Part shown: piece by piece, positions 9,515 through 19,700 of the stretch
How positions within the stretch are numbered: the stretch's first letter is position 1
Layout of the letters: the number at the start of each line of letters is the position of its first letter
Virus record (IMG/VR): IMGVR_UViG_3300036901_000031
Coordinates: 1 to 56,536 of that record
DNA: 56,536 nucleotides
Reading direction: 5' to 3' (one strand)
Origin: a virus
Taxonomy: Duplodnaviria > Caudoviricetes
Notes under the pieces: model-generated
Database searches by the model: none
What the model was told of the DNA's origin: nothing
The model's input: the letters and a program-made list of their open reading frames with translations, nothing else
Translations under genes and position numbers: made by a program

Positions 9515-10396
9515 TCATACTTTTAGTGATATCCCATCGGGGAGATCATAAAGCAACATCATATTGTCATACAGCGAGCAGAGAAGGGCCATACGAAGAA
9601 ATAAACCATTCTTGGCTTGTTGGAAATAATATGCTCGTGGATCGTCATCAACGGCAAGTTCAATCTCATCGAGTCTTGGCAATGGATGCAAAATGATTGC
9701 ATCCTCCTTCATCTGGTTTACAAGATCTAAGGTCAGAATAAAATCATGCTCGGTGGCTGTATCGGGACGCCGCTCCTTTTGAAAGCGAGTTACGTATAAA
9801 ACGTCTAGGGTTAGAAGACCAGAATAATCTGGACCTCGAACTACATTCACATCATAATTTGCCAAAAGAGTCATTAACGAATTAACGGTTCGGCTGTAGA
9901 GGAAATCCCCAGCAAAGCCAATTTTGAGGCCATCGATTTGTCCTTTTGCCCGCCAGATAGAATAGAGATCAAGAAGCGCTTGAGTCGGATGTTCGGCTGC
10001 TCCGTCTCCGGCATTGATGATTGGCACATCAGAAACTTTGGCTGCCCGTTCTGCCGAGCCTGCTTCAGGATGACGAAGTATTATGCCCTGAGCATAACCG
10101 CCAATTACCCGAATAGTATCCTCCAAACTTTCTCCCTTAACGTGAGATGAAAACTCTCCGGCGTGCTCTGTGCTAATTACATGACCGCCGAGATTCTGAA
10201 TAGCAGCTTCGAAAGATAGTCGCGTCCTCGTGCTTGGCTCATAGAAAAGAGTAGCCAAAGTGAGATCCTTAAGCGGCTTTAGAGTATTGATCTGATCTGG
10301 AAAAGTCTGTATTGTATCCGTCAGACTAAACAAATGGCGAAGATACAATTTATTGCTAAATTGGCTGGCTGACAAAATATGATTTTTTTTAATCAC
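9515..10396 (-). CDS. pyrB: aspartate carbamoyltransferase catalytic subunit
   Basis: FYEPSTRTRLSF, KGESLEDT, NAGDG..HPTQ, RFQKER, HPLPR motifs. Confidence 0.95.
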   Translation of the reverse strand: MIKKNHILSASQFSNKLYLRHLFSLTDTIQTFPDQINTLKPLKDLTLATLFYEPSTRTRLSFEAAIQNLGGHVISTEHAGEFSSHVKGESLEDTIRVIGGYAQGIILRHPEAGSAERAAKVSDVPIINAGDGAAEHPTQALLDLYSIWRAKGQIDGLKIGFAGDFLYSRTVNSLMTLLANYDVNVVRGPDYSGLLTLDVLYVTRFQKERRPDTATEHDFILTLDLVNQMKEDAIILHPLPRLDEIELAVDDDPRAYYFQQAKNGLFLRMALLCSLYDNMMLLYDLPDGISLKV

Positions 10397-10668
10397 GTAG
10401 ATTTGGTGTCAACAAATTCCTGATCGGCCTGAACAGATTCGGCCGTTTCGAGCACGACATTCTCTGGCGTTTCCTCTCTTGGTCTTTGCCAGTATGGCGT
10501 ATGCAATAATTCGATTTGACCATCCTCATATCCTTCCCGGTGGCCCTCATCCCAACCATCTTGTTTGCCGTCTTCGTAACCTTCTTCGTAACCCTGATCG
10601 TAGCCAGAATGATATTCATCGTCTACAACTTGATAAAGAGCTTGTGTTGTGATAACTAAATCAGACAT
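10393..10668 (-). CDS. hypothetical protein with GY(D/E)xG repeats
   Basis: GYDQGYEEGYEDG tract (FliH/Yae1-like pattern). Confidence 0.55.
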   Translation of the reverse strand: MSDLVITTQALYQVVDDEYHSGYDQGYEEGYEDGKQDGWDEGHREGYEDGQIELLHTPYWQRPREETPENVVLETAESVQADQEFVDTKST

Positions 10669-10671
10669 ACT

Positions 10672-11136
10672 TTACCTTACCACATTAAGGGGATAAATAT
10701 CAATAGGAATTCCCTTCTTGCGTGCCCGACGTATTGTGGCCCACGTACCGGAGCGCAATACCTCTTTAGATGTCTCGGGAAACGCGATAAGATGATCTGC
10801 CAATTCGATCATCTTATCGTTGCGAGCCATGTAGTTTGGGGAATTTCCTCCAGGGACAGAATCGAGTCTAATGATCTCAAAGAAATGCTCATGAGCGAAT
10901 TTAACTATCTCTAGGTTATGGGGAGCAGCAGGGACAACAAGAACGTTGTGTCCCGGCGCATATGCATATGCGTAATAGGCGGCTAGGGTATCGACTCCTT
11001 TAGCTGCTCCGGTTACGACATTGAAAAGAACAGCGGTGCCCAAATTACGAATAACCTCGGAAACCAATTCGGAATGGCTCCTGCTCGTAGGCCAATTTGC
11101 TGTCCCCGTAAAGGCTATTGTCTGGGCATCAATCAT
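10672..11136 (-). CDS. SLOG-superfamily (DprA/YspA-like) nucleotide-binding protein
   Basis: IAFTG..VTGAAKGVD..YMARNDKMI..RSGTWATIRRA. Confidence 0.75.
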   Translation of the reverse strand: MIDAQTIAFTGTANWPTSRSHSELVSEVIRNLGTAVLFNVVTGAAKGVDTLAAYYAYAYAPGHNVLVVPAAPHNLEIVKFAHEHFFEIIRLDSVPGGNSPNYMARNDKMIELADHLIAFPETSKEVLRSGTWATIRRARKKGIPIDIYPLNVVR

Positions 11137-11154
11137 CCAACAAGTGTAGCATAC

Positions 11155-12426
11155 CTATCGACGCTTAACAGCAGGACCCGGCTTCTTAAGTTCGGGCCTC
11201 AAAACTAGATCGTTTCTCCAATGCCAAGCTGATACTCCGTGAGGTTCCATCGGGCCATTTTGTTTTGCGGGACCGGTGTAATACACGTTAACCAATCCTG
11301 TGGGATCGGTTCCAAGAATCTCTCCTACGCTACCTGCCGGGATGTTCATTGGTTGCCCTGCCCCGTGAGCTTCTGATCGACCCAAAGCCGTGCCAACATC
11401 ATCGTATCTAAGGGACACGAGATTGCCATTGGCCCATGGATCTTCTGTGGAGACATCTGTATCACCAAATCTCCAAGAGGAAAAGGTCCCACCTGGCCAT
11501 TGAATCGGGTTAAGCGGACTTGGTTGTTTTAATCCTGGTACCGAAATAGGATTGACCGGAGGAAGAAGAGGATTAGGAAATTGAGGAAGAATCTCATTGC
11601 CCGGAGGAGCAGGATAGTTAAGGGGTTGCTCTGGCTGAATAAGTTGAGGTGGTTCTAATCCTTCTCCAGGAGCCACTTGCATAGCAGGAGGAGCAGAATC
11701 AAATCCTCCTGGTCCACCTTGAGTAGGATCGGCTGTTCCTGGCGGAGCATTGAACGGAGTTGGCTGCGTGGGGAGACTAGGATTAGATGGATCAAACTCC
11801 TCATCGAGCGGAGTAGAAAGAGCCTTCCAATACGCAGCCAATGCGTGACTACATACACGATCTTCATACTTCTTCCATTGACGGGTTCTACCGTGACTGA
11901 ATTGTGCCCATGGGCAGTCACAAAGCCATTGAGTGATGACAGACGAGTTAGGATCGTCACGCGAAAACTCTGTTTGGTGGCTACCATGATCCCCCTGTAC
12001 TTGGGCTACCACATTGTTGACGCTATTGCGAAGGATCTGGACAGCACCAGATTGTATGAGTCGCTTGGCTTTGGCCATAACGTCTGTCCAACTTCCATAC
12101 TTAAGTGCAGCCGTGTGAAACTCCTCATCTTCAAACATGTCGATAGGCTCATCAGGATCTCGATCCATATCATGAGCGAGACAGACGTATCGATCAGCCA
12201 ATTGAGAACGAACTACACAATGAGCGAGATAACGATCATCAATCGTTCCCCCTTCAGTAGCAATTATGACTTTCCCCGGCTCTATCTCAAACCACTCGGT
12301 TTCTGTTGAGCCGATCTTCTGGTGAGTAGGCGGCAACTGAGGTGGCTCAGATGCGATCACTAATTGAACATAATCATCAAACCATGCTTCCTCGTTTTGT
12401 GTCGCGGTTATATTGCTGAAATCCAT
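11155..12426 (-). CDS. SWIM zinc-finger protein with Pro-rich linker
   Basis: WLCDCPW...RVCSHALA (CxC..CxH). Confidence 0.65.
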   Translation of the reverse strand: MDFSNITATQNEEAWFDDYVQLVIASEPPQLPPTHQKIGSTETEWFEIEPGKVIIATEGGTIDDRYLAHCVVRSQLADRYVCLAHDMDRDPDEPIDMFEDEEFHTAALKYGSWTDVMAKAKRLIQSGAVQILRNSVNNVVAQVQGDHGSHQTEFSRDDPNSSVITQWLCDCPWAQFSHGRTRQWKKYEDRVCSHALAAYWKALSTPLDEEFDPSNPSLPTQPTPFNAPPGTADPTQGGPGGFDSAPPAMQVAPGEGLEPPQLIQPEQPLNYPAPPGNEILPQFPNPLLPPVNPISVPGLKQPSPLNPIQWPGGTFSSWRFGDTDVSTEDPWANGNLVSLRYDDVGTALGRSEAHGAGQPMNIPAGSVGEILGTDPTGLVNVYYTGPAKQNGPMEPHGVSAWHWRNDLVLRPELKKPGPAVKRR

Positions 12427-12445
12427 ACATTCCTTAAGATGTAGA

Positions 12446-12480
12446 AAGCCCGTGCCATCAAAGAATCATAGCACGGGCTT
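12446..12480. terminator. hairpin / probable terminator
   Basis: aagcccgtgc...gcacgggctt inverted repeat. Confidence 0.5.
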
Positions 12481-12874
12481 AACTACAAGTAGGGATGGGT
12501 ATTTGGATCATATCCCTTCATAGGCATCACCTCCTAGAATTCGTCGTCTAGATATCCTTCGTCTTCGTCATCGTCGGCAAAAACATCTTCGAGATAGTCC
12601 ACATCCTCGGATTCAATCTCGCCATACTCGCCATCCTCTTGGGCGCGGGTAAGCCAAGCATCAAGCTCATCTCGATCTCGTTGACTATCGCCCCATCTAT
12701 CGCTCATTCGTAAACTCCTTTTCATGATGTTTTACCCATGCAAGCACAGCAAAGAGAGAGGTGTTGCTGTGGACCACCCTTTCCTTGCCATACCAGTCAG
12801 CCAAAACAACCCAATGATTATTGTATCTATTGGCCATCGTTACAATCTTCATAGCCACATTATACCAAATCTAG

Positions 12875-13380
12875 TTAATTGGCGTAATCCTTCATATGAT
12901 CAATTATCCACTTGTTAATTCGCTTTAGCGCTGCTGACCTCGCTGCTGACTCCGCTGCTGACCTATTCTTCTCGCTAGGATCAGCTAAATATGCTTTGGT
13001 CGCTTCAATGGCCTTACGTGGTCGATCATCGTCGGGATACAAATTTTCGTAATTCTTTAGCACCAACTCGGCGGCGAAGATTGACAAGGCTACACTATCC
13101 TTTTGCTGCCACTCATACGCCTCAATAATACGCATATCGGAGGAAACTTCCTTATCGCCTCCCTCAATAATCTTCCCTTTGATCTCAACCTTGGCTAAAA
13201 CTTTACCACATACATAAGTTAGTGCATCCAGGGGGACTCTTTGAGCTATGCAAACCGTTTTGGCACAAAAATATCTCGCCATCAACGTGCTCCCATTTCC
13301 CAATTTCCCAAGTTAAATCACCACTCTTTGAAACAATCTTTCCGTCCTTTCAGGTTTAGAAACTTATATCTAGTTTTCAT
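12875..13380 (-). pseudogene. frameshifted paralog of the Imm5-like gene at 4471..5262
   Basis: Coherent protein spread over three frames: MKTRYKFLNLK / GKIVSKSGDLTWEIGKWEHVDGEIFLCQNGLHSSKSP / LDALTYVCG...YPDDDRPRKAIEA. Confidence 0.6.
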
Positions 13381-13392
13381 CCTCTTTGTATA

Positions 13393-13986
13393 TCACACAT
13401 GGATGCCGCATTCTGTTTTGTCTATTCCGGCCCATCTTCCCTCTCGACCCAAACCAGGGATAGTACATGGGACGCAACCAATTGAGTCATAGCCGCGATC
13501 ATGGAGAACGTTGTAAGGAAGATCGTGTTCATGGATGTAATCCCAAACATTTTGCTCCGTCCAATCAGCTAAGGGAGCCGCCTTCCAAATGCCCCGGCTA
13601 TCGACATCAAGGAGTTGGATATCTGATCGTGTTGGCCCCTGTTCTCTTCTCAACCCGGTAATCCAGCCGTCTACGTTTTCGAGAGCTAGATCCAATGCGG
13701 CAACCTTCCCTAGAGAGCAACAATGATCCTTGTCCCATTTGCCTGCGGCCATATAATCTTTAATCCTAATATCGTATCGGGCCTCAATTTCTGTCCAGAC
13801 TTGGTAAGTCTCGGGAAATAGCTTGCCCGTGTCAATAGTAAAAACGGAAATCTTTGGATCGATTGATAGAACCAAATCAATGAGAACAGAATCCTCTTTC
13901 TGAAACGAGCAGGCCAGCACAAGACGAGGGGCACAATACCTCGCCTCTTGAATAACCTCCTGTGCTGATTCAACCTTGTTCGTCAT
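13393..13986 (-). CDS. cysH: PAPS/APS reductase
   Basis: SFQKED, DTG, CC, WITGLRREQ, GYDSIGCVPCT, ECGIH motifs. Confidence 0.93.
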   Translation of the reverse strand: MTNKVESAQEVIQEARYCAPRLVLACSFQKEDSVLIDLVLSIDPKISVFTIDTGKLFPETYQVWTEIEARYDIRIKDYMAAGKWDKDHCCSLGKVAALDLALENVDGWITGLRREQGPTRSDIQLLDVDSRGIWKAAPLADWTEQNVWDYIHEHDLPYNVLHDRGYDSIGCVPCTIPGLGREGRWAGIDKTECGIHV

Positions 13987-15178
13987 AATAAGTATGGAGA
14001 TCCTTTAATGGTCCTACATCAAATTGTAGACCAGGATGCTCCATTTGTACAGCCTCGGGTGAATGTGCCACAGTAATATGGGGTTTATACCCTCCTTCAA
14101 ATCTAGATACCGGAAGGCCACGAGCTTCAGCCTCATCCATTAGTGCCTCTGTATGCTTTATGAGATCGTCATTGTGAACTCGGAGCACTACAGGGTGGGG
14201 ACGCCCTTGTTCCATCGGGGTAAAGGCATCCACGCTTTGAGTAGCAACCGGATAGGTTAAGCCACTTCTTTGTTGAACCCATTGCTGATGCTCGGGATTA
14301 GAATATCCACTGGGACTATAGATGCCCGTTACATGATAACGGTCTGGTCGAGCAAATTGTGTTTGTTCTGGCCATTGTTGATTATGAGTCCACTCGTTGA
14401 TTTGTTGTTTAATATCGTCGGGTACCATGTAACTTGGGGCAAACCAATCTCCCTTTGATTGCTTAGCAGAAGCAATGTGAGTCCCTGTTAACTCGGCCAT
14501 CTTCTCTAGAAGTCCACGTTGGGCCAAGAACTTATAGAGCACATTAGATTCGGAAAAGTCCCCCTTACCAGCAGCTTGATCTCGTTGTCTCTTAGCATGA
14601 ATCTGATGGTAGAACTGGATTGCCTTATCCGGCTCATAACGAATCAATCGCTCAAGCTTATCAGCACTGAGGAGCGCCCAAGTATAGAATGCATTCTCTT
14701 CTTGCTCTACATTGTGGACTCGGGCGTGCTCAGGAGGCACAATCCACTTGTTAGCATCTAGATCGTAGCCCGATCTCAATCCCGGCTTGTACAAATCCTC
14801 AGGAGTAATCCCCTTGGGTACAACATAGTCCTGCATAGGAAATGGTGTACCGGGGAGTTTGGTGCCGTCTACCTTTCCCACCATTACCCCAATCATCTCA
14901 GCTCTAGACCATTCGGGAAGGACCTCATGATTGACGAATAACGAAACATCTACATCGGACTCATCCGAATACTGAAACGTAGTAAGTGAGCCTGTTAAAA
15001 CAAGGTGTAGCCATTTCTCAATGTCAGTGTAACCCGCATCTTTGAGAGCGGCGTAGATCGTTCTCTTGATCCAGTTCAGGTGTTGGGGCTTCAGCTTTGG
15101 CTCAGGGGACTCTGGATCATCGAAGACGCGAGGATCTAAACCAGCATGAGCCGGGTCGAGAATGTTAGCTATCTTCAT
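13970..15178 (-). CDS. Pol-beta-like nucleotidyltransferase fused to C-terminal 2H phosphoesterase
   Basis: LTGS..YSDESDVDV (GS..DxD); two Hx(T/S) motifs RYHVTG and YKPHITV. Confidence 0.75.
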   Translation of the reverse strand: MKIANILDPAHAGLDPRVFDDPESPEPKLKPQHLNWIKRTIYAALKDAGYTDIEKWLHLVLTGSLTTFQYSDESDVDVSLFVNHEVLPEWSRAEMIGVMVGKVDGTKLPGTPFPMQDYVVPKGITPEDLYKPGLRSGYDLDANKWIVPPEHARVHNVEQEENAFYTWALLSADKLERLIRYEPDKAIQFYHQIHAKRQRDQAAGKGDFSESNVLYKFLAQRGLLEKMAELTGTHIASAKQSKGDWFAPSYMVPDDIKQQINEWTHNQQWPEQTQFARPDRYHVTGIYSPSGYSNPEHQQWVQQRSGLTYPVATQSVDAFTPMEQGRPHPVVLRVHNDDLIKHTEALMDEAEARGLPVSRFEGGYKPHITVAHSPEAVQMEHPGLQFDVGPLKDLHTYYDEQG

Positions 15179-15300
15179 CTAAGTTTTTGTTGTAGTAGGT
15201 GATCTTCCTATTACTCTTTATGACGCCGACACACAAAACGTTATCAGGTAAAGCAACCGAATATACATACTTCCCTTCTGGAAGGGCAGATATCAAATTC

Positions 15301-15585
15301 TTATCGGACATATGAATGCTCTCCGCGACACGTAGTAATTTTCTCCCACACATATAGTTTATGTGATACGGCTCCTCGACCACGACATTGAATACCGGCC
15401 TCTTCTACAGCATCTCGCCACGAAGGAAAGTGTTGTCGAACAAGCCATACAGAAGGATGATCTCCTGTTATAACACTCCAGTCTTTAATGAACGGTCCCT
15501 CTCCATATAGTTTATTCCATCTGCGCATAGCATTTAGAATTCCCTCTTTAGACCACTCCTTGCTGTACTGGTTGTGCATTTGCAT
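15301..15585 (-). CDS. homing-endonuclease-associated repeat protein
   Basis: WSKEGIL...P...W......PS...V..HFPSW..AVEEAG pattern. Confidence 0.55.
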   Translation of the reverse strand: MQMHNQYSKEWSKEGILNAMRRWNKLYGEGPFIKDWSVITGDHPSVWLVRQHFPSWRDAVEEAGIQCRGRGAVSHKLYVWEKITTCRGEHSYVR

Positions 15586-18500
15586 ATTCCTTGGCTCGTT
15601 GGAGCAACGTATCTCGTTGATTTAAGGTGGGATCATCAATCACATCATTTGTTAAGTTTCTTAACACTTGACCCACCTGTGGTCCAGGTGGCACACCTAA
15701 TCCAAGTATATCATTTCCATTAATGGATAGGGCAGATTGTTGAGTTGGATCTTGAGCGGATCGAGACTGTTCTACCAATCCTCGCATCCTCTCCACATCC
15801 GTTATCCCGCCATCGGGAGCTATGACACCAATGTCATTTCCCTTGCCGTCAACGTCAGCATTACGAAGAGCGAGAAGATCGTCAGCGTTATCCCCTACTC
15901 GATTGAGAAACTTGCGTGCCCCCTTGGGTGTATTAAATGCTGGCCACATATGCTGCTCGACAAGCGATTGAATTCTGTGAATGCGAGAGTTAGGGTAACG
16001 AAGCTGTCGCAAACGATCCCCAACCATTTGGGCACCCAATGTTTCGTGATCGGCTCCCTGATGATTTGGTCCCTCATAGTAATGGTTGTATCCCGTAACC
16101 GGATCTACCCATGCACTATTGGGCTTACCCACATCATGAAGTAGGGCGGCCAATCTAAGATCGGGATCGGTTGAATTGCGGCTTATATGATCGAGCACAT
16201 TGAGTGAATGATCTCCAAGCGAGAAATTGTGATGAGGATTATTCTGATCAAAATCAAAGTTGTGTGCTAGCTCAGGAAGTAGCTGATGAAGCACTCCTGT
16301 CTCTTGGGCTAGACGAATGGCTCCAGCCGGATTAGGAGACTGAAAAAGCTTATCTAGCTCTCGCCCTGTGATGTCAGGAGACTCGCCACCAAGCTTAGAT
16401 GCGTTCTCTGTCATCTCTCGACGGGTACGCTCATCCGGAACAAGTCCGTGTCGAGAGGATGCTACCAAAGCACGCACTAAACGAGTAGGGTCCTCTTCAA
16501 ACGAAGAGGGATGGGTCGTTCGCAGAGTCTTACGCTCAATGTCCTTAGCTCCACCAAACGGATCAATTAACTGACCGTTATCTAGGTTAACGGCCATTGA
16601 ATTGACCGTGAAGTCTCGACGCTCAAGATCCTTCTTAATTGGCAGCGTATGATCGACTGTAATCTGTCCCTCTCCACGGCGACCACTCTCGTACTTGTCT
16701 TGTCGTGGCAGAGCGATCTCCACTTCCGATCCACCCGTGTTGTATCGGTAGACACCAAACTTCTTACCCGTGAGGTTAACAGAACCCTTGACCTTACTTA
16801 GAGCGTGTTCAACCTCTTCTGGAGGAAGTCCCGCAACCATAAGGTCGATATCCTTAGGCTCTCGCTGAAGTAGAGCATCTCGAACAGCCCCACCTACAAC
16901 ATAGACTTGACCACCGGCCTTCTTAAGGGTTTGGTAGGCACTCCAAGCAGCAGGATCGGTGGTTGCCAAAGTACGGATATATTGACCAACGCTCTGTGAA
17001 GCGGCAACCTTGGTTGTATTTCCTGCGGCATCTCTAAGTTCTACGCTTGTAACCTCCATTTGTGGATGTGAATGATACCATAGATCGAGCATGTGTCGCA
17101 CCGAGTAAGGTTGATCCGTCATATTCTGAATCGAAACCTTTCCTCCCGGAGCATAATATCCCTCTACGATTCCACCAGGAGTAAACCGGCCACTAATCGG
17201 ATGAGTAATATCTGATGTCTTTGTTCCGGGGTGGCCAATTGTGATGTGATCTTGTTGAACATCAAAGATGAAGGGAATCTCGGCCTCGATCATGTCCTTA
17301 GGATCTGAGCCAGCCGAGTAAACCCACTTCTGGCCTTTGACATTAACAAAGCCCAATCGCCGCATCACTCGTTCCCCTCCTTCCGAACCAGCATGAGAGT
17401 AGACGTTTGGGTGATACTCGATTACCTTCTGGGTCATCGTCAATCCAAGTCCTCGTCCAGGGACGGCATGGATCATGATGATCTCGGTCTTGTCACCATC
17501 TGGTCGGACACAAGTGTAGCCTAATAGCTCACCATTATCATAGCCTCCGTAAAAGATTAGGCCGTCATCTCTATCGTATCCCCATAGTTTTGCGTACAAT
17601 TCAAATCCAGGGACGACAGAAGCCTCACGGAAGCTAGCAAGCGGAATTGCTACAGGCTCGGAATTGTGTCGATGTGCTGGAAGCGGATCATCTATTTCTC
17701 CCGGTCGAGGGAAGTGTCCATCCTCGATTGGATCAACATCAGGATGATGGTTCTGAACGTGCAACATATACTCGCCAAACGAGTCTAGAGGAATGTTGCA
17801 AGCGGGACAGCTAAAGTTTGTATCAGGAGGAAGATCTGTTTTCTTCTCGGGTTCCCAATTAGGATCAATACGATTGAAAGTCTCAAGACCCTCTTCGTTC
17901 TTGATCTTATCGTTAAAGTCTGTCTCCGTTCCAGGATACTCGGCTAATTTGTATCCAAAGTCCTTGGCCCAATCCCTAAGTCCCTCGGAGTAATTATCGT
18001 CGGCCAATGATCCCGAGCGTATTTTTGCCACTCCTCCTGCCACGTCAATAATTCCTGCAAACCTCTGTAGGGGTCTTTCGGAAAGAACCAAACCCTTGTT
18101 CCACGAGTAATACATTCGCCGCTTAGGGCCGAAAAGATCTTGTCCTTCGATTCCATCAAATTGCCAGCCGACTTTTTCTCCGTAGTCTGTGAAGATACTT
18201 GCGAGTCCTCTAAGCCCCGTATTAGTTGCAACGGTCCATCTGGCTCGTCCTCCTCGTACAACAAGTAATCCCGTGGCAAGCGGCCCATTATAATCGGCCG
18301 AAACTCGCGCCAAGTTGTGTAACTCCTCGATTGAGTGGATAGGGGAGACGTGTAGTTTACCGTTTGCCCAGAAGTATTTGTACTGTTTGATTTCGTCGTC
18401 ATTTTCAGGTACCCATGGTTCATCGTGAAAGAATTTTTGATTCATGTCCTCTACCGATTGAGGGGTCGAACCAGGATACGGATCGGCTCCCATCAGATCG

Positions 18501-18904
18501 GCAGTCTTATGACCGGCAAGAATATTGTCTGCTCGCTTTGAAAACAGTTTAGCACGCGGAGTCTCCGGTGTGTCGGTTTTCACTCGCAGATCTTTGAAGA
18601 GACTATGAGAGGTTCGCTTATAGAGAACTGGCCCCGGCTCAGATCCATGCGGATGGGCATCGCCAGTAAGATCTACGGCGTATGTCTTGTCAGGAGACAC
18701 CCAGAAATAGTGACCGTTCTTCACGCCAACATAGCCACCCCAATGCTTTGTCAACCACTTGCTCGTGACAAAGCATTGGCCATGAGCCAGATTAGGATGA
18801 CCGGCAAACTTCTCGTGCCTAGTATCATCGCCCCAGGCAGCCTCAGCAGCCTTACGAAAGGTTGTTAGTTTATCTTGGCTGAGAGAGGTTGGATCAAAAG
18901 ACAT
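15548..18904 (-). CDS. cca: multidomain protein: YunG-like / C2H2 zinc finger / GNAT-like / CCA-adding tRNA nucleotidyltransferase with HD domain
   Basis: C-terminal VGGAVRD..DIDL, DLERRDFTVN, SFEEDPTRLVR, HH..LLHDVGKP; N-terminal GQCFVTS..HYFW; CPAC..H..H; central GYTCV..HAVPGRGLG. Start placed at MSFDPT just after TATAAT (ORF is open to 18976). Confidence 0.85.
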   Translation of the reverse strand: MSFDPTSLSQDKLTTFRKAAEAAWGDDTRHEKFAGHPNLAHGQCFVTSKWLTKHWGGYVGVKNGHYFWVSPDKTYAVDLTGDAHPHGSEPGPVLYKRTSHSLFKDLRVKTDTPETPRAKLFSKRADNILAGHKTADLMGADPYPGSTPQSVEDMNQKFFHDEPWVPENDDEIKQYKYFWANGKLHVSPIHSIEELHNLARVSADYNGPLATGLLVVRGGRARWTVATNTGLRGLASIFTDYGEKVGWQFDGIEGQDLFGPKRRMYYSWNKGLVLSERPLQRFAGIIDVAGGVAKIRSGSLADDNYSEGLRDWAKDFGYKLAEYPGTETDFNDKIKNEEGLETFNRIDPNWEPEKKTDLPPDTNFSCPACNIPLDSFGEYMLHVQNHHPDVDPIEDGHFPRPGEIDDPLPAHRHNSEPVAIPLASFREASVVPGFELYAKLWGYDRDDGLIFYGGYDNGELLGYTCVRPDGDKTEIIMIHAVPGRGLGLTMTQKVIEYHPNVYSHAGSEGGERVMRRLGFVNVKGQKWVYSAGSDPKDMIEAEIPFIFDVQQDHITIGHPGTKTSDITHPISGRFTPGGIVEGYYAPGGKVSIQNMTDQPYSVRHMLDLWYHSHPQMEVTSVELRDAAGNTTKVAASQSVGQYIRTLATTDPAAWSAYQTLKKAGGQVYVVGGAVRDALLQREPKDIDLMVAGLPPEEVEHALSKVKGSVNLTGKKFGVYRYNTGGSEVEIALPRQDKYESGRRGEGQITVDHTLPIKKDLERRDFTVNSMAVNLDNGQLIDPFGGAKDIERKTLRTTHPSSFEEDPTRLVRALVASSRHGLVPDERTRREMTENASKLGGESPDITGRELDKLFQSPNPAGAIRLAQETGVLHQLLPELAHNFDFDQNNPHHNFSLGDHSLNVLDHISRNSTDPDLRLAALLHDVGKPNSAWVDPVTGYNHYYEGPNHQGADHETLGAQMVGDRLRQLRYPNSRIHRIQSLVEQHMWPAFNTPKGARKFLNRVGDNADDLLALRNADVDGKGNDIGVIAPDGGITDVERMRGLVEQSRSAQDPTQQSALSINGNDILGLGVPPGPQVGQVLRNLTNDVIDDPTLNQRDTLLQRAKEYANAQPVQQGVV

Positions 18905-18920
18905 ACCATATATTATACGT

Positions 18921-19700
18921 CTAGAATGGCGCGTCTGGATGTATTTGACCGAATGACGACTCGGGAACTCCCTCACTAACTCCTACCGGGGAAGGATTAT
19001 GTGGGTCCATATACGGGTTTTTGAAGGGAACCTCAGCTATTAGGTGCTGTGCCATATTCGACCGAAACGTCTGCACCTTAGGCATCTCACGAACATAAAT
19101 GTCGGCTAAGTTGTTGCGAAAATTAAGTAGAACGAGAATGCCTAGAACTCCCTTTGTGCCGAGAGTAGCTGCGTGCTCATCTTTTCGTGCCTTCTCATAT
19201 ACGTCACCGGGAATCCAACGATGATTTTTAGCATCCATCGAGAGGGTCTTTACCTCAATGCCCCAGTCCTTTGTTGCCCCATCTAGAGGGGACTGACCGG
19301 TTGACCCGCCAGAATGCCACCAGACGATTGGACCGTACCCAGGAAGCTCACCCATATGTTCGACTAGATCCTCTCCGATCTGCCCAATCTCGCCCACCGT
19401 CAACCCAGAAATGGAGGTCCCTCCACGGTACTCGTCGTAGTTGTGTTGAGCCACTTCCTCAGGGACAGCTAGAGAAGGAAGCTCGTGAACTAGGTTATAG
19501 GACTTGTGACAAACGGGACACGTATAGTAGCCACTAGAATCCTCGGCTATCTTGACCTGAGCCTCGGGACTGATCCAAAAGGTACACGGACCCGTACCAC
19601 GATTGTTCTGAGTGTAGCAATGGACGTAGCCCTCTCGCTCAATCAGTTGCTCCGTTGTGGGGTCAGTTGCGTTAATCCCGTCTTGTAACGTCAGAATCAT
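18921..19700 (-). CDS. zinc ribbon + PD-(D/E)xK nuclease-like protein
   Basis: CPVC; GQIGEDLV...PLDG...GIEVKT. Confidence 0.6.
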   Translation of the reverse strand: MILTLQDGINATDPTTEQLIEREGYVHCYTQNNRGTGPCTFWISPEAQVKIAEDSSGYYTCPVCHKSYNLVHELPSLAVPEEVAQHNYDEYRGGTSISGLTVGEIGQIGEDLVEHMGELPGYGPIVWWHSGGSTGQSPLDGATKDWGIEVKTLSMDAKNHRWIPGDVYEKARKDEHAATLGTKGVLGILVLLNFRNNLADIYVREMPKVQTFRSNMAQHLIAEVPFKNPYMDPHNPSPVGVSEGVPESSFGQIHPDAPF

